A DNA stretch of 34,704 nucleotides, taken from positions 22,691,950 to 22,726,653 of the forward strand of contig NC_069004.1 of assembly GCF_001194135.2 (NCBI RefSeq). The letters run 5' to 3'. Each line of letters opens with the position of its first letter. The first letter of the stretch is position 1. Below, piece by piece: positions 34,293 through 34,704 of the stretch. This DNA comes from Octopus bimaculoides. Taxonomy: Eukaryota. A program made the position numbers and the translations under genes. The notes under the pieces are model-generated. The model ran no database searches and was not told the DNA's origin. It saw nothing but the letters and a program-made list of their open reading frames with translations.

Positions 34293-34483
34293 ACTACTTA
34301 AGTACAGAGGTCCCGATGCATCTACGTAATGATATGAAGGGGAAAGTTGGTTTTAGGGTTAAGGTTAGGGCTAGTTTTAGGGTTAGTTAGGGTGTCATTA
34401 CACATCCACACAGCATACATTTAAAATGTTTCGTACGTAACACCTGTATTTAAGTAGTACCGTTAAGGGACCTCTGTATTTAA
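34293..34483. mobile_element. Short non-autonomous element with two overlapping inverted-repeat pairs and a TTAGGG-like core
   Basis: TTAAGTACAGAGGTCCC (34298-34314) vs GGGACCTCTGTATTTAA (34467-34483), 16/17; ACTACTTAAGTACAG (34293-34307) vs CTGTATTTAAGTAGT (34444-34458), 14/15; degenerate TTAGGG units at 34352-34393. Confidence 0.6.
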
Positions 34484-34501
34484 CATTAAAATTTCATTTG
34501 T

Positions 34502-34704
34502 CATCATCATCATCATCATCATCGTTTAACGTCCGCTTTCCATGCTAGCATGGGTTGGACGATTTGACTGAGGACTGGTGAAACCGGATGGCAACACCAG
34601 GCTCCAGTCTGATTTGGCAGAGTTTCTACAGCTGGATGCCCTTCCTAACGCCAACCACTCAGAGAGTGTAGTGGGTGCTTTTACGTGTCACCCGCACGAA
34701 AACG
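34502..34704 (-). mobile_element. Young SINE 3' end with (GAT)n tail, runs off the window
   Basis: (CAT)n then cgtttaacgtccgctttccatgctagcatgggttggacg..; CpG-rich relative to other copies. Confidence 0.85.

Overview
Eukaryotic, AT-rich, microsatellite- and transposon-dense genomic DNA with scaffold N-gaps. The SINE/LINE repertoire and repeat landscape look cephalopod (Octopus-like); this is an inference from recalled repeat families. The only host coding sequence I can support is one 102-bp, phase 0-0 exon of RAD52 (+ strand, 5967-6068). I found no flanking RAD52 exon, so the window is probably almost all RAD52 intron (at least 5.9 kb upstream and 28.6 kb downstream, unless exons lie in gaps). 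The intron holds a full-length decayed Tigger/pogo transposon with 22-bp TIRs, a mariner remnant, MITEs, RTE-clade LINE fragments (one with a 5' inversion typical of twin priming), many tRNA-derived SINEs and a perfect 73-bp palindrome. The most interesting object sits inside the Tigger transposase with a 13-bp TSD (24368-24710). It is a 343-bp non-coding retroelement combining a Pol III tRNA-like head, an (AAT)n spacer, a minimal type I hammerhead ribozyme and 47-bp inverted ends, i.e. a Penelope-like/retrozyme-type SINE. A second, unrelated fold-back element with decayed hammerhead motifs lies at 15836-16138. Nearly all supplied ORFs are microsatellite, gap or decayed-TE artefacts. All alignments were done by eye, and SINE boundaries are approximate.
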